A model generated the notes under the pieces. It was not told the origin of the DNA, did no database searches, and saw only the letters and a list, made by a program, of their open reading frames with translations. Both the position numbers and the translations under genes were made by a program. A DNA stretch of 63,987 nt, the filler included, from Circinaria calcarea (lineage: Eukaryota): NCBI GenBank assembly GCA_051942165.1. It is 36 parts of 36 records of this genome, joined end to end, with 100 filler letters (N's around TTAATTAATTAA, not from the genome) between each part and the next. Parts side by side here need not be neighbours in the genome. Positions count along the whole stretch, not along the records: positions 60,544 to 62,215 come from JAVECS010004373.1; positions 62,316 to 63,987 come from JAVECS010004374.1; 34 more parts are not named here. One strand, 5' to 3'. This document shows positions 61,107 to 63,987 of this stretch, one piece after another. Position 1 is the stretch's first letter. Each line of letters begins with the position of its first letter.

Positions 61107-62315
61107 AGTTTTTGCGGGGCTTGGGTGTACAACTCTGCATGGCGTCTTATGGGGATTTGCGGCTATAGGCTATGTTCCTGTCTGTCCTCGAAGATGGTTG
61201 TGGGAGTGGACCTTCCAGAATTGGCGCTTGACTGTAATCGATCGAGCCAAAGGAGATTGATACATTGGCCCCTCCTTTGCGTGGTGAACCCCTTTCCTTC
61301 CGAGCGGTACTCCGAGAAAGGGGCTGTGGATAGATGGTAAATTAACGTGAATGTATCCTTGTCTAGCGATTCCGATTCCCATTTCGATTCCCATTCCCTA
61401 GGCGCAGTAGTTTATGTCTATAGATAACGGAGTTTCATGTAGGGAATCGATCAGTAGCCAGCCAGCCAGCCAACCAGACTATTCGCACGAGGACAATAAT
61501 TAAAAACAAAACTTTTTTGTTATGTTATACAGTAAAAATATCCCATCCCGTTCCCCCATCTATTTTTCGGGGCTGGGGTTTTTCTTTGCGTTTTTTTATT
61601 GCCACAGTATTGGGGCCAGTTAGTAGTAAGTACTCTAGGAGTTTTAATTCGATTTAAAAAGAAATAGCGGTTCTGTGTTTTTTTTTTTTTTTTTTTTGGG
61701 GGTGTGCCCTTGTTTAAAACCTAAATTATACGATATACGAAATACCCTTATTAAATTAATCCGCGCCCTACCTTACGCTTACGCTTAATTAATAAGGGGT
61801 CCCGGGTTACCAACCGGTATTCTACTCGCGTACGGATTTACCGCCCCTTTCGTTTTTTTTTTCTGTGCGCTTGCGTCAATTTTTGTCGCGCGTAGTTCGG
61901 CTTTTTTAGAAATCTAACCCCCTTTTTACTTTTCTCTCAGCCCCCCCCTTTCCCTTCCAAACTTCCGGGGAATAAAAAACCAAGAAGAATCTCGGAGTGA
62001 GGGGAGGGGGGTTTTTTTAGGTCAACATGACGGGATGATTGGGGGGATTTTGTTTGCTACCCACCCCGGTTTTGAAAGTCTATACCTAATCTATGCTTTT
62101 GCTATGGTCATCCAGGTTGAGGTTGCGTAGAGTCGAGTCGAGTCGACTCGAGTGGATGGGTGCCCATGCCGGGATCCTTGGTTGGTTTCGGGGGATTGGA
62201 ATAGGAATATAATACNNNNNNNNNNNNNNNNNNNNNNNNNNNNNNNNNNNNNNNNNNNNTTAATTAATTAANNNNNNNNNNNNNNNNNNNNNNNNNNNNN
62301 NNNNNNNNNNNNNNN

Positions 62316-63346
62316 TTCGTGCCTGATCAGATGCTCACTTCGGTTAGGTGCAACGTCTTTGACATCTCTCGCTGTAGTACCTTGTGAACTGCAACACTGA
62401 TGGCAAGTTCACCCTTTCATCCTTATTTATTGTTTATATAGACTGACAACGTTTATCTCTTTCTCCGTAGATCATCGACTGTGGCTTTCCGGGGGTTTAT
62501 CGCACCACGGTGACTAATCTTTGGCAAGTCTCCCTAGCATATCCCTTTGTAGCAGTCTGATTCTCACAATCCCACAGATTGCTCAGCCATGGTGCGGCAA
62601 CAATTGGGTCCGGATATCTAAGTAAGTTCTCTGCAATCCATTGGCTAAGATAATCGAATGACAAGGTACAGGTTGCCTGGATGGAGTTGGGATCTCCATA
62701 AAAAAGCATCCGGGGGAAGAGAGAAGCGCCTCTTCATATAATGAGCTGAAAGGGAAGTGAGGTGCCCGATATTCTATACGAAAGAAACTCTCCCTTAGCG
62801 CAAGCGGGGATCCAGAGATACATTAGCATGAACACGTCGTCATCCACATTGGTTACCCGTCCAAAATCTCCTGGCCAGATCTTTCTCGTACTTTGTCCGA
62901 AGGCACCGCATACAGTGAACCTTCCAGGATCGTATGAACGGAATCTACTCTTGAAGTACAAATCCTCGAAGGTGATTGAGGTTGCGAACGAAACGCATGC
63001 CTTCGTGGCCAGTTGATCTTCCGACACCGGTGACCGAGCCACGGCTCGCCTAAGTGTTTGCCGTCAGCACACCCCGATCGATGGGGGGGCCCGACTCCAC
63101 ATCTTCTGGCCATCAGCCCAACACATGTTCCAGGGGCTCCGGATACGGATTCTGCGTCATGGTTTCATCCTTTAGAAGTCTGATATTCTGCTTGTGATTT
63201 ACACCAGTGACTGAATAGCATACGTACCTCGAGGACTGATTTGTAAGAGCATCCGACAATAATACATGCCCCCCCAAAATGGCTGGGGTAACACTTATAC
63301 AAGTAAGTACCGAAGTCAAGAGTAAACAAAAAGTTCTAATATGCAT
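62316..63346 (-). CDS. Multi-exon, Cys-containing putative secreted protein of unknown family, 3' end uncertain
   Basis: Signal-peptide-like MHIRTFCLLLTSVLTCISVTPA; GT..AG introns at about 63178-63227, 63051-63145 and 62735-62785 splice four ORF-track fragments into one frame. Confidence 0.55.
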
Positions 63347-63481
63347 TGATAAAGCCCATATATGAGTCCACCAAGACTTGCTATGGGTATAAGAGAAGCG
63401 GATACAACGGTTAGCGATATACGCCGCTTTCGTGTGACCGAAACGATATGATCTATCAAGAAACAGTACATACCGGACATC

Positions 63482-63987
63482 TTATGCAGTCCTTCGTTCG
63501 CGGGGTCCACTGTTGTTAATGACCGTGTTTGAAGGCTTCTTAGCCGTAACAACAATATATCTCCAAAGACGCCTTTTTAGAACACGGTAACCCTGGACCC
63601 CCGCCTGTGTATTTACGAACCAAGTCTGAAGGCCTAGAAGACGGATGAAGAAATAAGGTATGTATGCCACTAGAAAGAACAGCCGCATCATAGGTTCTAT
63701 GTTTTCCGACAGATCCTCGATCCTGACATCTTGAAAGCCTTGTCTTTCTAGCATGTTTTGCAAGACCCCCTCCGAGAAACTCTCATTGGCAGGCATCGAT
63801 GCCCGCTTGTTGATTTGTTCCATGGATTCTATCAGATCCTTTGGCAAGCCTTTGCGAGCAGCATCGAGATCCGGATGATCATATTCGTATAAGGCGATCG
63901 AACCCCCTGGCTTCATTACGCGGAAGAATTCCCCCAACGCTTTTTCAGGATCCGTTGCATGCACCAGAGTCTCCATTGTATAGACAC
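63482..63987 (-). CDS. Class I SAM-dependent methyltransferase (sterol-C24-MT-like), 5'-truncated
   Basis: VYTMETLVHATDPEKALGEFFRVMKPGGSIALYEY. Confidence 0.88.
   Translation of the reverse strand, partial: VYTMETLVHATDPEKALGEFFRVMKPGGSIALYEYDHPDLDAARKGLPKDLIESMEQINKRASMPANESFSEGVLQNMLERQGFQDVRIEDLSENIEPMMRLFFLVAYIPYFFIRLLGLQTWFVNTQAGVQGYRVLKRRLWRYIVVTAKKPSNTVINNSGPRERRTA

Noticed and set aside
1691..62315. Regularly spaced palindrome TTAATTAATTAA resembling a repeat array or CRISPR-like structure
   Set aside because: It is embedded in N runs and is an assembly/concatenation spacer.
14087..63987. Secondary-metabolite cluster made of type III PKS, laccase, BVMO, DUF4188 and methyltransferase
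   Set aside because: Each gene is on a different size-sorted contig, so there is no evidence of physical linkage.

Overview
This window is not one locus. It is 36 short contigs sorted by decreasing length (1690 to 1672 bp), joined by an artificial 100-bp spacer (44 N + TTAATTAATTAA + 44 N) that has stop codons in all six frames. Adjacency across spacers has no biological meaning. The DNA is from a filamentous ascomycete (Pezizomycotina): short GT..CTRAY..YAG introns, fungal housekeeping genes and RIP-mutated repeats. Recognisable, mostly truncated genes include SDH8, TRP5, RKI1, RSM26, SUP35, TRM7, MAK5, DAP2, NNR2, SUA5 and VPS35. There is also a laccase, GH128 and GH16 glucanases, a FAX/metaxin-like GST, an MFS transporter, an NmrA-like protein, an MDR dehydrogenase, a BVMO, a DUF4188 monooxygenase, a methyltransferase, a secreted HEXXH protease, and ankyrin and WD40 proteins. 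Several genes are missing from the ORF track, notably the C-terminal tail of a type III polyketide synthase. Mobile DNA comprises a DD34E Tc1 transposase, an intact hAT transposase, a LINE relic, two foldback MITEs (one with an 8-bp TSD) and a family of LTRs sharing a terminal stem-loop, one copy of which shows RIP directly. I cannot support a complete novel multi-gene system, because the fragmentation precludes it. The best leads are the type III PKS tail, the LTR hairpin family with CpG-sparing RIP, the hAT/MITE pair and two orphan secreted proteins.
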